The notes: a model not told the origin generated them from the sequence alone. A stretch of 64,000 nt of DNA from Eledone cirrhosa (GCA_964016885.1 OZ024751.1:7130001-7194000), one strand, 5' to 3'; shown: positions 12,532-31,211, numbered from the stretch's first letter. Numbers and translations are program-made.

Positions 12532-14052
12532 ATTAATATTTTTTTAAGGCAACCCTTGTAATAACTCTAGTTAAACAGGATATATATTAATAATAAATTA
12601 TCGTTGTAATGTAATTAGATTATATAATTGTTATTTTATAAATGATCTTATAAATATTATTGTAAGATGTATAAAAATATTTTCAGAATTTTACTATAAA
12701 CAACTACAAAAAACAATCAATATTAAATAAATATATTTTAGATAATAATTGTTATAGTTGAATCAATAAAAAATAAATATTACATACATATAGTCTCACA
12801 TAATAATAAAAAAAATAATCTAACATAATAATAAAATAATCTGACATAAAACGAACAATAATAGGGACATATATACAAGTAAATATGATACAACTAATAT
12901 TCTAAGCATGTTATAACGAACTTAAAAAAATAGTTAATATAATTTTAAAAAATCATATATAAATTAACAATATAAGTTACCAAAACGAGAAAAATATTTT
13001 GATAATAAAACGACAAAATACAGGAGAGAGATTCGAAAGCGAAACGATAAATAAACGTGCAAATATAACGCTTTTGAGCAACAATTACTCTCGCTGGTTG
13101 ATTAGCCAATAAGGCGATGAAATTAGCCAATAAGACGATACATTACAAAACATGTTTTGAAGTGAAGGAATCGCCACGGCCAGCGATACCCCTTGACTAT
13201 TTTATTCACAAGCTACGCATATATTGTAAGATAACATGCAGACTTAAAACATTCTGTTGTTAGTCACTGCGTATATAACAGATATAAAAGATGTCCGTCA
13301 ATGTAAAAAAAAGGTCCCTATTTACTCCCTTCACAACTCTGTGTATGTTAGACTGACAGACAGGCACACAGACAGATAAACTGCGTGGAGATTGAGGTAT
13401 GCCGCACGTACACACACATACACGCATGGAAACGCACACACACACGAAAACTTACACACATGCACAGACTCACACATGTTGATAGCTTTTACTTTCTGTG
13501 GAATGCTGCACGCACGCACACACACATAAACATACGCGCACGGACATAAACACGCACATATATTAATATTTATTGCTTTCCTTCCCCTCTTATTTGCACA
13601 CGCACACACATGTCTCTACACTGACACATATAGATAGTGTATCCAACCACAGCGTTCACTTTGCCTCTCTCTCTCTCCCCTCTCACTCCAGCACTGGCAT
13701 TATGCATGTTAATTTAACTTTGGTGACGTTGAGGTGGGCGGAGTCTTTTGAAACATATCAACCAATGATAATCGAGAATTATGACGGAATAGTGACATTG
13801 TTCAAATTAATATATAGATGTATATATATGTGTATATATATGTGTATATACATACATCCATGCATATATAAATTCAGCGAGAATCGCATTTCGGCGCCAT
13901 GCTGGCAAGCGCTCCAATGGCTAAAAAACGAGAGCTATAAACATAGGTTATAAACGCCATACAAACTGAGAAGGCGGTCAAGAAGGCATTAACCGCCTAA
14001 GCCAAAAAACAAAAGTCAAGCTAAACAGTTCAGACAAAATAAATGACATAAT

Positions 14053-14127
<75 letters not shown>

Positions 14128-14133
<6 letters not shown>

Positions 14134-15469
14134 AGAACAAAAGATGGTTAAAAGAGTTCCATGTATTTTATTATGCGCTTTTCAAAAACAAATATAATCA
14201 TGCAATAATATTTGTGTTTTCATCAGATAAAACAGGAAGACATGATATGAAGGTTAAAAAAACACTTGTGGATAGTGCAGTTTTAAATCAACATATGAAA
14301 AGTAGTTATAGATTGATGTGTGATATTGGGAAACATATTTTATTTTGTGGGGGGTGGGGGTGGAAAGGATGAAACAGAGGAGGAGATGAGAGTAAAAAGT
14401 GGAGAGGGGGTAGTATAATGAGGAAGGATGAGATAGGAGGAGAGATGGGTGATAGAGAGAGAGAGATAGCTTTTATAACTGAGAAAGATATATTGTTTTA
14501 CATAGAGAGGTTGAAAACCGTTGGAAGATAATGTATAAATAAAAATAATTTGAAAATTAACGAAGAGAAAAATAATGTAAAGTTAAGGTTTGTATATTGA
14601 GGGGTTTAATAATATGTGCGATGAAAAGAAAATGTTAATATGTATTAAGATTATTCATCCTCAATTCATTATTTTTTCTCACTTTCATCTAACTCATTCA
14701 TGCTCATCTCACAATATACCCTTACTTAAATTACCTATTCTTTTTAATAATACATATCAACATTTTCTTTCCATCGCACATATTATTAAACCCTAAATAT
14801 CATTCTTAATACATATTAACTTTTTCTTTTCCATCGCACATGTTATTAAACCCTTAAATATTATTCTTAATACATATTAACATTTTCTTTTCATCGCACA
14901 TATTATTAAACCCCTAAATATTCAAACCTTAACTTTACATTATTTTTCTCTTCGTTAATTTTCAAATTCTTTTAATTTATGCATTATCTTCCAACGGTTT
15001 TCAACCTCTCTATGTAAAACAATATATCTTTCTCAGTTATAAAAGCTATCTCTCTCTCTCTATCACCCATCTCTCCTCCTATCTAATCCTTCCTCATTAT
15101 ACTCCTCCCTCTCCACTTTTTACTCTTATCTCCTCCTCTTTTTCATACCCCCCCCCCCCCCCTCAAAATAAAATATTTTTCCCAATATCACACATCAATC
15201 TATAACTACTTTTCATATGTTGATTTAAAACTGCACAATCCACAAGTGTTTTTTTAACCTTCATATCATGTCTTCCTGTTTTATCTGATGAAAACACAAA
15301 TGTTATTGCATGATTATATTTGTTTTTGAAAGCGCATAATAAAATACATGGAACTCTTTTAATCATCTTTTGTTCTTATATATTATGTATACTCCAGTCC
15401 TACAAACTGTAGAGTGCTTCTTATCCGATATCTGCATTGCTTTATTGTACTACAATAAAACTCACCTCC

Positions 15470-15472
<3 letters not shown>
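14128..15472. mobile_element. Palindromic copy of the Naiad 3'UTR/terminal repeat (family of 15750-18532)
   Basis: ~14130-14650 is the inverse of ~14865-15385; three ~59-bp tandem units near the centre; both HHRs altered at stem III (GAAAAgcgc, GAAAgcgc); tail to 15472. Confidence 0.9.
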
Positions 15473-15537
<65 letters not shown>

Positions 15538-15749
15538 TATACACATATATATAACTAACCTGGACCCATTGGAATTGATAGTAAAATACAATACAGGGTT
15601 TCTGTGACACCTAAATAAATAATACTAAGCTTTTGGTATAATGATCGAACGAGGAATATCACCTTATGAACATTTATTTTATTCTGCGCCAGTATTGTGA
15701 GTGACGTAGTGTTTTGTAAAAGCTCATATATACATGCATATATACATGC

Positions 15750-18529
15750 ATGGGTTCATCCGATTCATCCCAATTGACAGATATAATTGGTATCTTTATT
15801 TTGAACTCTTTGAATCGGAAAATTTCTCAACTTCGCGGTGGAATTTATCGGGACGATGGACTTATTACTATCTTAAATTGCAACATAGTTAACCTTAATA
15901 TTATTAAGAACAATATACGTGATCTCTTTAACCAACATAACTTAAAAATTGAATTTGATAACAACGTCAAACTAGCTAACTTCTTGGATATATCCCTTAA
16001 TCTTGACACTGGCCTATATTACCCTTACCATAAAAAAAATGAGAATCTAAATTATGTTAATTTTAAATCTAACCACCCCACTAACATTAAACATTCTATA
16101 GTTACTAATATTGGAAAAAGAATATCAAACCTATTATCTAATAAAAATATCTTTGATACTAACGCCAATTCCTATAATAACGCGCTTTCTAAAGCCGGTT
16201 ATCCTGATAAAATCAAATACAGTAAAGAAACCAATCCTAGAAGATCTTACAGTAAAATAATTAATTATGATCGTTCCAATAACTTAAATAAAAGACCTAG
16301 ATACAAAAATATAATCTGGCATAATGCTCCTTTCTCCATCTCTATTAATAATAATATTCCTAAATTATTCTTTAGTGCCCTAATTAAATGCTTCCCTCCC
16401 TGACATATCTATAGTAAAATATTTAACAAACATACTATAACATTTTCCTATTCGACCTCCTCCAACATCTCCAACATTATCTCTAAACACAACAATAAAA
16501 TATTAAATTCTAAATCACTTCCTTCCAACACTGAATGTCATAATAATAGAAGTAGTACTCCCGACGTCATTGTTAACTATAGGCTAGTTTCTGCAAACCC
16601 AAATACGACGTCAAACGTAACTTCGTCAAATGTTCTTAATACCAATCTAAATCAGGAAACTATTATTCCTATCGTAAATAACTTCTCCAATCCAATTCAT
16701 CCTATAGATAACACTAGGCCACTTGTTAATAACTCTGTTAATCTCTCTAATCGCAATTGTAATTGCCCTGTTAAAAATAAATGTCAACAACCTCTCAACA
16801 ACCATTATCTTGAAAAAAACCTTAATCTATGAATGTAAAGTTATAACTGACACCAATTCCTTTACCTATTTTGGCTCAACTTCCACCTCCTTTAAAGTCC
16901 GTCTTTATAATCATCATTCTTCTTTTAAATACCAACTTAAAAGAACCAACACAGCACTCTCAGAACTCATATGGTCCTTGAAAGACAAAACTATTAACTA
17001 TAACATCTCTTCGAGGAAAGTTTGTTCTGCCTCTCCCTACTTGAATGCCTCTCTATCCCAAACATGTAACCTCTGTTTATGTGAGAAATTTACCATTATA
17101 TCTGATTTAGATTATATAATAAATAGACGCACTGACTTATTTTCTCTCTGCTTGCATACATTCCACAGAACATTCCATAAAGTATACAGCTAATATCTAA
17201 TACTTTACCAGTTTAAAATCCTTTTTCTCAAAGCCATATATATATATATTTCTTTAAACATATACCCATCTTTCTACCTTATTTCAATGATATTCATTTT
17301 ACATTATATAACACTAGTTACTCATTCTATATCTTTCCTATTTATCAATTCCCTTTCTTCCTCTTTTCTATTAATTTCAAACCTCTAATCTGTACTTTTT
17401 CTTCCTAGATACTTCTCAATTCTTACTCACCACAATATATCCATTCTTTCTTCTTCCTTCATATCATTGACCATAAAACTTATTATTACCTTTTAAATAC
17501 TTTATAGTATTACCTTTAAAAATCCTTCGTAAACATAAACATTTTTTGACGTTGTATATTCCTCCTCAATTCATTATATTTTTCTCCATTTCATGCTCGT
17601 CTAACATTTACATATTACATATCACAATACATAAAACAAACTTAAACCCTAACTAATCTCCTTTATTACATTATATTATTACCATTAGGAAATACTTCAT
17701 AAACATATATGTTTTGTTGTTAGAGTCTTCTCTTCCTTAAACACTATTTTCTTCTTTGCTTTCTGCGCTCATTTGTAAACAAACTATTTACATATATTAC
17801 GCATACATATTACATTACATAAAAACAAACTTAAACACTATCTAATTCCTCTAAATTCATAATTCATCCACTCTTCTACTTCTTATATCCTTAATAACAT
17901 TAATATTTTTATTTTAATAATACTTATTAACAATTTCTTTTCATCGCACATATTATTAAACCCTTCAATATACAAACCTTAATTTAAAATTATTCTTAAT
18001 TTTTTTTCTCTACATTAATATTTGTTCTCTTCATCAATTTTCTTTTAAATTATATATTATCTTCCAACGTCTTTTGAACCTCTCACTCTGAAACAATATA
18101 TTTTTCTCAGTTATAAACGCTATCTCTCTCTTTCTATCACCCATCTCTCCTCCTATCTCATCCTTCCTTATTATACTCCTCCACCACTATTCTTTACTCT
18201 CATCTCCTCCTCTTTTTCATCCTCCCCTCTCATTTGTTTCCCAATATCACACATCAATCTTAAATTAATTTTCATATGTTGATTTAAAACTGCACTATTC
18301 ACAAGTGTTTTTTAACCTTCATAACATGTCTCCCTATTTTATCTGACGAAAACGCAAATGTCATCTCATGATGATATTTGTTTTTGAAATGCGCATAATA
18401 AAATACATGGAACTCTTTTAACCATCTGTTGATCTTATATTATATTATTTATACTCCAGTCCCACAAACTGTAGAGTGCTACTTATCCGATATCTGCATT
18501 GCTTTATTGTACTGCAATAAAACTCACCT

Positions 18530-18532
<3 letters not shown>
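15750..18532 (+). mobile_element. 5'-truncated Naiad-type PLE: RT, Zn-finger, GIY-YIG, long 3'UTR and HHR terminal repeat
   Basis: MGSSDSSQLTDIIG, GGIYRDDGL, ANFLDISLNL, IIWHNAPF, IYEC...YFGST...R..NH, CNLC; stop and frameshift present; HHR at 18337-18403. Confidence 0.93.
18337..18403 (+). ncRNA. Type I hammerhead ribozyme
   Basis: ttttat CTGACGA ... GAAAT gcgc ATA^ataaaa. Confidence 0.85.
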
Positions 18533-18616
<84 letters not shown>

Positions 18617-18651
18617 GTATATATATGTGTATATACATATATATATGTATA

Positions 18652-18727
<76 letters not shown>

Positions 18728-19028
18728 AGTTAAAACAATGAAATAAATAATCAAGTTATTAGAAATATACTTCACTGCTTTACGATCGTTTCTAGGTGAT
18801 GATAATACATCGTAACTATACTTCGATATGGATCTATGTATGGTTAGTTACAAAATATCAGATAAAGCGAATATTTACTTACATATATTTAACAACAGCT
18901 GGTGATATGCATGTAAGTAAATATAGTAAGTATATATATATATATATTTTAACGGCTTGTATCTCTTTCATTCACTCATTCTTTTACTCATATATACACA
19001 TATGCATATATATATATATACATATACG

Positions 19029-19066
<38 letters not shown>

Positions 19067-19171
19067 TTAACATATATATATATATATATATATATGGGAT
19101 AACAAGTTATCGTTATATAACGCCCTTATTCTACAGCCAACCTTGTTACTTTTCTTTCTTTAACTCTATAC

Positions 19172-19259
<88 letters not shown>

Positions 19260-20055
19260 ACATGTAAGTATATACATACTACTGTACTTCTGTATACATA
19301 TATGTATGTACGTATACATACTTATATTCAAGTATCAGCCGTACTAAGAGTGAGAAATGAAATTTCCTTTTTCCATTTATCGTTTTCGGTACGCTCGGCC
19401 GACTAACTCCCTCGATATGCAAATTAGGCTGCTCAGCCGTTAATATGCATTTCAAAATTAGTATACCACCACTTCAACACATTTATAATTCTCATATTAT
19501 TTTATAAATACTACCAAAATATATAATTATAAAATTAAAGAAATAATTATAATTATATTACTCCCTTTACACCATTACTGATTTGATCGATACAATTATA
19601 TTTTAATAATAACAGTGTATTTGTAAACATAATATATTTTTTTTCTTATACTCATTCCTGAAATTCTCTACACCCTAATATTATTATTAACATATCTCTC
19701 TTCTCCCCTTAAAAATAGAAAAATAAAAATTGAACATCATAATTATTTAAATTTACCTAGAGACTAAATATCACGATATTTTTCAACTGTACGTTAGCCT
19801 CATATTTCATTCTAAGATTTGAAATTTGAAAGTTTTTGTTTTTGGATATACAATATTTATGAAACAATTTTTGTATTTTATGTGATGAGAGCGTACCAAC
19901 ATTTTGGTACACTTGAAATATATATAATAACATAAATATGGTTTTATAAAGATAGTTTCCATGTATTAATATCATTGATATATATATATAGACATATATA
20001 TATACCTATATATATATATACATATATATATACATATATATATATACATATATAT

Positions 20056-22674
<2,619 letters not shown>

Positions 22675-22694
22675 GTAATTAAATATTCATACAT

Positions 22695-22904
<210 letters not shown>

Positions 22905-22929
22905 TTATACATATATATATATATATATA

Positions 22930-24078
22930 TATTCACCTCTGCTAAGATGCGAGTCCCTGTGAAAATTTTGTCGCGTCACTCCTGGCCCGACTGCGGTGTG
23001 ACATTAATATCGACCTTCCTTCCTCTCTCTTTCTATCTTCCTTCTTGTAGCTATCAACCATTACTCTTTTACTTCTCTAAGCAAAATTTTAAAGTTCCAA
23101 CTTTCTGTCGGACTGTTGGGTGGGCTTTAATGGCGGCGCGACCAGCTCCCTGGCGAACGAGCTCACCTGGAGTGCTTGGAAAAATAAATTTCCCCTTCTT
23201 TCAGTAAATGAAAATACTCGGCGTGGCTTAATTCGCCATGGGGCCCGGGGCGCGGCCGTTGTTTAACCGCCAAATAGTACCTTTAAATTACAGAACAAAT
23301 CGGAACTATTATATAATTAAATGTTAAACTGTTGAACTTTAACTTTTCTAACCTCTTTAATATTGAATATTGATTATTAATTTTTTTAACTTCATCCTAG
23401 AAGTCTAAACACTGTAAAACACTGACTCCCAATATATTCACCTCCGCTAAGATGCGGGTCCCTGTGAAAATTTTCTCGCGCCAATCCTGTCTTGACTGTG
23501 GCCTGACATTAATATCGACCTTTCTTCCTCTTTCTTTCTATCTTCCTTCTTGTAGCCATCAACCCTTACTTTTCTACTTCTCTCTTCCCTTCCTTCTCTT
23601 CTCCCCTCCTCCTGTCTTCCTCCCGCAGACTTATCTTCCTTCCCCCTCTTGCTTGCCTATATCTGACCAGTAGTAGTTGCCTTCTTCTTTTAGCTGACAT
23701 TAACCCTGGCTTCTCTTCTTCTTTCTTCCCCCTTCTTCTCTCTCCTTCCTTTCTTTCTTTCTTTTACCTTGTGTCATGGGATCGACGTTAACCTATGCTC
23801 CCATCCCTTTCTGTTTTCGTTCATCTGACCGGTAGTAGCATACTATAAAATTTAGCCACGTCACTCCAGGGCGACCGGCTGAGGTTGAAGGAACAGAATA
23901 GCGGTCGCCCTCGGGTCTCGATTTTCAGCCCCATGGATTTTACCTATTACATTCACGTATTATATTTCGAATACCTGATGATATCACGGGATTCATACGG
24001 AACCCCGTCATTGAAATGATCATAGTATAATAAACCTTTCAAGGATTTACACAAATCCAGCCTCCTGTCATTTCATTA
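22930..24078 (+). mobile_element. Non-coding PLE-like 3' end with internal direct repeat and terminal HHR
   Basis: 22930-23078 repeated at ~23435-23583; pyrimidine-rich UTR; HHR at 23971-24028; (TA)n on both sides. Confidence 0.7.
23971..24028 (+). ncRNA. Type I hammerhead ribozyme
   Basis: atac CTGATGA tatcacgggattcatacggaaccccgtcatt GAAAT gatc ATA^gtat. Confidence 0.9.
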
Positions 24079-24088
24079 TATATATTTA

Positions 24089-24139
<51 letters not shown>

Positions 24140-24142
<3 letters not shown>

Positions 24143-24671
24143 GATTTTGAGTTTATGTTGGTTGTATACCAACACCTCAGTATGCAGGTTGGAGCACTCG
24201 ACGAAGTGCGCAGGTTGGTTTGGTTACTCCGGAGTAGTGTAAAAGAAAGTTAAATAAAAGTCAAATGATTAAAATTTAGCTTCGTTTATTACTGCTATAT
24301 ATATTTCAGTGACAGCCATCTTTGGCTGTGACCTCTTCAGGCAGTTTAAATTAGTATGGCATAGACAAGTACATATGTTGTTTAGGTGTATAATATTGTC
24401 AATACTCTGATATGCCCAGTTCCTTCTTTGGTTGTTAATTCACTGATCAACTGGAGTCAGTTCCTCAGTGAATTAAGAACCAAACAAGGAACTGGGCATA
24501 TCAGAGTATTGACAATATTATACACCGAAACAACATATGTACTTGTCTATACCATACTAATTCAAACTGCCTGAAGAGGTCACAGCCAAAGATGGCTGTC
24601 ACTGAAATATATATAGCAGTAATAAATGAAGCTAAATTTTAATCATTTGACTTTTATTTAACTTTCTTTTA
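24140..24671. mobile_element. Near-perfect palindromic HHR element with one-sided tail (relative at ~26850-27210)
   Basis: 24240-24671 is palindromic about ~24455; HHRs at 24291-24345(-) and 24566-24620(+); tail ~24140-24239. Confidence 0.9.
24566..24620 (+). ncRNA. Type I hammerhead ribozyme
   Basis: actgc CTGAAGA ggtcacagcca aaga tggctgtcact GAAAT atat ATA^gcagt. Confidence 0.9.
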
Positions 24672-24810
24672 TATATATACATATATATATTTATTAAAAT
24701 AACAGATTAAAGTTTAAGCAAAGAATCGGTACTTTCAGCCTTAACGGGATCGGCTGAAACTTATCGATCCCTCTTTGGATTTTAGTCTTCAAATTTATTA
24801 TTATTACTAT

Positions 24811-24869
<59 letters not shown>

Positions 24870-24899
24870 ACGAGCTCAGGATTCCTTTTCCTTTGAGCA

Positions 24900-25200
24900 C
24901 ATTATTGACAGAGAATAACGAGAGTCTGTGGCTCCGTCAGTTTATCGTGATATTTCGCTCCTTATAACATCTTTCCTCACTCTGTTTGGTTGAGCACACT
25001 TTTTTGAGTGGTTTTGGGCTGCCCTTTCTAGAAGCTCGTCCCTCAGATACCAGTGGTCCACTCCACTAAATACGCATCAATCTGCCTCGTGTAGATGTAC
25101 GGTCGCTTTAGATTCTCTTAGAGTTGTCTGGAATATATAGTCTTGCACGCACTGATGAACCATAGACTATTCCATTTCGGTCAACAACTTCCTGGCGAAA
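24900..25200 (-). mobile_element. Possible highly decayed Tc1-like transposase fragment
   Basis: Scattered minus-strand peptides LHEA, KPL, LFS in the order of Tc1 LHEAG...KKPLL...LFSDE; heavily interrupted. Confidence 0.25.
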
Positions 25201-25384
25201 CAGATCTCTTTGGATGTGAACGTGTGTGTTATAAAGTTATAGAGGTGCGTATATACATTTTAATTCATATTTTTAATTACTGTCTGTCTACTCTGCCTTC
25301 CGTAGATTATAGATTCCATACACTGGTGCTTCTCCCTGTTTTTTATGGCACTCTAGTGTGTTACGTTTTCAACATATTGTATTT

Positions 25385-25442
<58 letters not shown>

Positions 25443-25688
25443 CAGATAAATCCACCAATTAATGGTAGGGTCCAAGCCGTATGAAGAACTCAATATATAT
25501 TTATTTCTGAAAACAGCGGTTAGGGAGACGTATGTATATTTTGGTACTTTGATAATTTGTAATATATTTTACATAGATCACTAGTAGAATGAACATACGG
25601 AAAACTACCCTCCAGAAACGATCGTAAAATAATGAGTTTTACTATGAATTACCGTATTATGTTTAATTTCCTTGTTTTCACTATCTGC

Positions 25689-26820
<1,132 letters not shown>

Positions 26821-27215
26821 CATATATATATATATATATATATATATACATTTTGAGTATATGTTGTTTACCGACACTCAGTATGCAGATTGGATCACTC
26901 GACGCAGGTTGCTTTGTTTACTCCGGAGTGATCGAAAATAATTAAGTCAAATATGTAAAATTTGGCTTCGTTTATTATAAATTATAAATTTACTGGTATA
27001 TATATTTCGGTGACAGCCATCATTGACTGTGACTTCTTCAGGCAGACTGAATTGCTGTGGAAAAGACAGATACACATGTTGGTAAAGTGTGTTTAACTCC
27101 GTCAATACATCGATATGTCAAGCTCCTGGGTGTGTTGTTATTCCTCCGAGGAACTGGAATCATATGGTAATAAACGAAGCCAAATTTTACATCTTTTGAC
27201 TTACTTATTTTATAT

Positions 27216-27247
<32 letters not shown>

Positions 27248-27248
<1 letters not shown>

Positions 27249-28477
27249 AGGAATTTATATCTAGTAACATTTATATACACACAGATGCACATCAATGTTA
27301 GCAAATATATAGGTTTTGTCTTATTAACAATGTGGTTCAATGCATGGGGTTGCAGAACAATAATATGAGAGACGTAAAATAAGAAAATTATAAAATTAAC
27401 TTACTTACTAAAAAATCACTTCCAACTAATTAGTTTCTGGAATGGAGTAAATATATTTTCCGAAGAAACATATCGAAAATCATTCCGTCATCAGGAAAGT
27501 CTTTTTCCGTATAGGTCTCCAGCCATAGCGAGGACACTGGAAACTTATTAAAAAAATTATTCAGTGGAATGGAAATAGCGATGCGTGGACTGGATTCCAA
27601 GCCAATTAGAAAATCACTGCCTTTACGTCTGTGGCAAATACCAAAAAGAAACAATCACGTGACATCGAGGTCAATCAGTGCAGAGCGAGTGGTTATTAAG
27701 ACAGCGGCCAGCTTACTACCATAGTAGCAGTCATGGCCACGCATCGCTATTTCCATTCCACTGAATTATTTTTTTAATAAGTTTCCAGTGTCCTCGTTAT
27801 GCCTGGAGACCTATACGGAAAAAGACTTTCCTGATGACAGAATGATTTTCAATATGTTTCTTCGGAAAATATATTTACTCCATTCCAGAAACTAATTAGT
27901 TGGAAGTGATTTTTTAGTAAGTAAGTTAATTTTATAATTTTCTTATTTTACGTCTCTCATATTATTGTTCTGCAACCCCATGCATTAAACCACATTGTTA
28001 ATAAGACAAAACCTATATATTTGCTAGCATTGATGTGCATCTGTGTGTATATAAATGTTACTAGATATAAATTCCTTATAATTATCTCCAATTCATTTGT
28101 CGAGCAATATTTGGCCATGACTGCTACTATGGTAGTAAGCTGGCCGCTGTCTTAATAACCACTCGCTCTCCACTGATTGACCTCGATGTCACGTGATTGA
28201 TTCTTTTTGAATTTGCCACAGACGTAAAGGCAGTGATTTTCTCAATGGCTTGGAATCCAGTCCACGCATCGCTATTTCCATTCCACTGAATTATGTTTTA
28301 AATAAGTTTCCAGTGTCCTCGCTATGCCTGGAGACCTATACGGAAAAAGACTTTCTTGATGACGGAATGATTTTCGATATGTTTCTTCGGAAAATATATT
28401 TACTCCATTCCAGAAACTAATTAGTTGGAAGTGACTTTTTAGTAAGTAAGTTAATTTTATAAATTTCTTATTTTACG

Positions 28478-28484
<7 letters not shown>
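27248..28484 (+). mobile_element. Retrozyme-like element: inverted copy plus ~1.4 tandem copies of a 525-bp HHR unit
   Basis: Direct repeat with period 525 (27741 vs 28266); inverse arm 27248-27740; HHRs at 27418-27500(-), 27825-27907(+), 28350-28432(+). Confidence 0.85.
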
Positions 28485-28551
<67 letters not shown>

Positions 28552-28719
28552 TATCGGAGAAAGGTAATAGCGATACTCCGGCCGAATCCCAATTCACTCA
28601 ACAAGCATTAGGAAATAAGTGAGTATATTCCTAATTAGACGTTCGAGGTGCTAACTAATTGTATTGTGTGGAAAATTGGGTGTATTATTTCATATGAGAT
28701 ATATCAAATATATCTCTTC

Positions 28720-28844
28720 CCAGACGGACGTCTCGTTTCATTAAAAGATTCCTACAAGTTAGGTGAAATTATACCAATTTATGTAGAAGCCTCTATAAGA
28801 TAAACAGATACTTATTCAAGTGGGCTCTTATAATTCTTCAGTGG
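28720..28844 (-). ncRNA. Putative hammerhead with ~95-nt stem II insertion
   Basis: cca CTGAAGA att...aat GAAAC gagacgtcc GTC^tgg; stem I only 3 bp. Confidence 0.45.
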
Positions 28845-28985
28845 CTGCCCAATAACATTAATATTGATAGTCAAATCAACATCAATATTTAGCGATAATC
28901 ACCATCAGTGCTTGAGGTAGCTGTTAGGTTGCTAGCCCAGCAGTTTTAAAGAAATTCTCATAGTCTCAAAAAAGAGGAAGGAGAA

Positions 28986-29039
28986 TTACCGCCAAAAAAC
29001 AATACATGCGCAGGACAATGAATTCTAAAAGGAATTCAA

Positions 29040-29090
<51 letters not shown>

Positions 29091-29869
29091 TGTGGTGTCA
29101 AAACTCGTAGGTTCAAATCCCGCTACGGTTAAATCTGTCCTTCGTCCTTATCAGGTCGTTAAACTAATATACCAATAGTGCACTGCGCTCATTTTAATCG
29201 ACTTTCCTTTCAACAATCATTTACACTTTATTTGCTTCGAGATGCGTCGTTAAACAGTTTGTAATAGTGATTAAATCCGAATCGGGTTTTCTTAAAAATG
29301 TTTCCCGTCTAGCTAACTGAATTGAATTCTTATAGCACTTCATATCAGTTAGATACATTGAAATATTTTTTATATTCTCAAATATACGAAGAATTCATCT
29401 GTTTGTATCTATTTTATCTAAGTGATGTTCTAGAAAAAATCATGTTTTCTTTAACCACTACAGACCAAATGCCCAAGATATGACACCATAAAGAGTATTA
29501 TGGAAACCTTTCAACAATGAAACATTAATCCTGTCATGTATCCTATAGGAAAAAATTGTTGCACGTTTCATATACTAATGATAGATACTAAGAAATATAT
29601 TTTTAATATGTCTTCAGGCTGTGCCTGAAGTGAAGTCATCACGACAGCAGATGTGACTTAAAGTGGGTTAATCTTTATTGTAATTTATCATATGAAATAT
29701 GAAGTCTGCTTGTTGTTTATCGTATATAGTTAAAGGTATTAGACTCATGTGTAAGTAAATACGTAAATGATATGTCTGTGTCTGATACTTTCATTCAGCA
29801 TTGTGTTTACTTCCAATAAAAAGCAGAATATATATGGGAATACATTCATATATGCAGGTACACATAGTC

Positions 29870-29914
<45 letters not shown>

Positions 29915-29941
29915 TAGATATATATATATACATGTGTGTCA

Positions 29942-29986
<45 letters not shown>

Positions 29987-30025
29987 TATATAGATTGATA
30001 GATAGATAGATATACATGTGTGTCG

Positions 30026-30075
<50 letters not shown>

Positions 30076-30126
30076 CGACACACATGCATATATATATCTC
30101 TCTCTCTCTTTCTCTCTCTCTCTCTG

Positions 30127-30164
<38 letters not shown>

Positions 30165-30209
30165 CACCGACACACATGTATATATCTCTCTCTCTTTCTC
30201 TCTCTCTCC

Positions 30210-30257
<48 letters not shown>

Positions 30258-30314
30258 CGACACACATGTATATATCTCTCTCTCTTTCTCTCTCTCTCCC
30301 TCTCTCTCTCTCTA

Positions 30315-30348
<34 letters not shown>

Positions 30349-31211
30349 CACTACTATGTGTACCTGCATATATGAATGTATTCCCATATATATTCTGCTT
30401 TTTATTGGAAGTAAACACAATGCCGAATGAAAGTATCAGACACAGACATATCATTTACGTATTTACTTACACATGAGTCTAATACCTTTAACTATATACG
30501 ATAAACAACAAGCAGACTTCGTATTTCATATGATAAATTACAATAAAGATTAACCCACTTTAAGTCACATCTGCTGTCGTGATGACTTCACTTCAGGCAC
30601 AGCCTGAGGACATATTAAAAGTATATTTCTTAGTATCTATCATTAGTATATAAAACGTGCAACAATATTTTCCTATAGCATACATGACAGGATTAATGTT
30701 TCATTGTTGAAAGGATTTCCACAATAATCTTTATGGTGTCATATCTTGGGCATTTGGTCTGTAGTGGTTAAAGAAAACATGATTTTGTCTAGAACAACAC
30801 TTAGATACAATAGATACAGACAGATGAATTCTTCGTATATTTGAGAATATAAAAAAATATTTCAATGTATCTAACTGATATGAAGTGCTATAAGAATTCA
30901 ATTCAGTAAGCTAGACGTGAAACATGTTTCAGAAAATCCGATTCGGATTTAATCACTATTACAAACTTTTTAACGACGCACCTCGAAGCAAATAAAGGAT
31001 AAATGATTGTTGAAAGAAAGTCGATTAAAATGAGCGCAGTGCACTATTGGTATATTAGTTTAACGACCTGGTAAGGACAACAGACAAATTTAACCGTAGC
31101 GGGATTTCAACTTACGAGTTTTTTACACCACATGCATATATATATATATATATATATTTGAATTCCTTTTAGAGTTCATTGTCCCGCGCATGTATTGTTT
31201 TTTGGCGGTAA
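28986..31211. repeat. 2.2-kb palindrome centred on a (TA)n tract near 30050
   Basis: 28986-~29880 is the inverse of ~30345-31211 with scattered mismatches; inner ccgacacacatg units are also mirrored. Confidence 0.92.

Noticed and set aside
16401-16403. In-frame TGA in the Naiad ORF as possible selenocysteine
   Set aside because: Falls at a variable non-Cys position (KCFPP*H); the Zn-finger cysteines are TGT/TGC
18775-18835. GAAACgatcGTA half-hammerhead (also ~25615)
   Set aside because: No intact 5' core found
29930-30345. Repeated ccgacacacatg units resembling a CRISPR array
   Set aside because: Spacers are microsatellite, the context is eukaryotic and no cas genes are present
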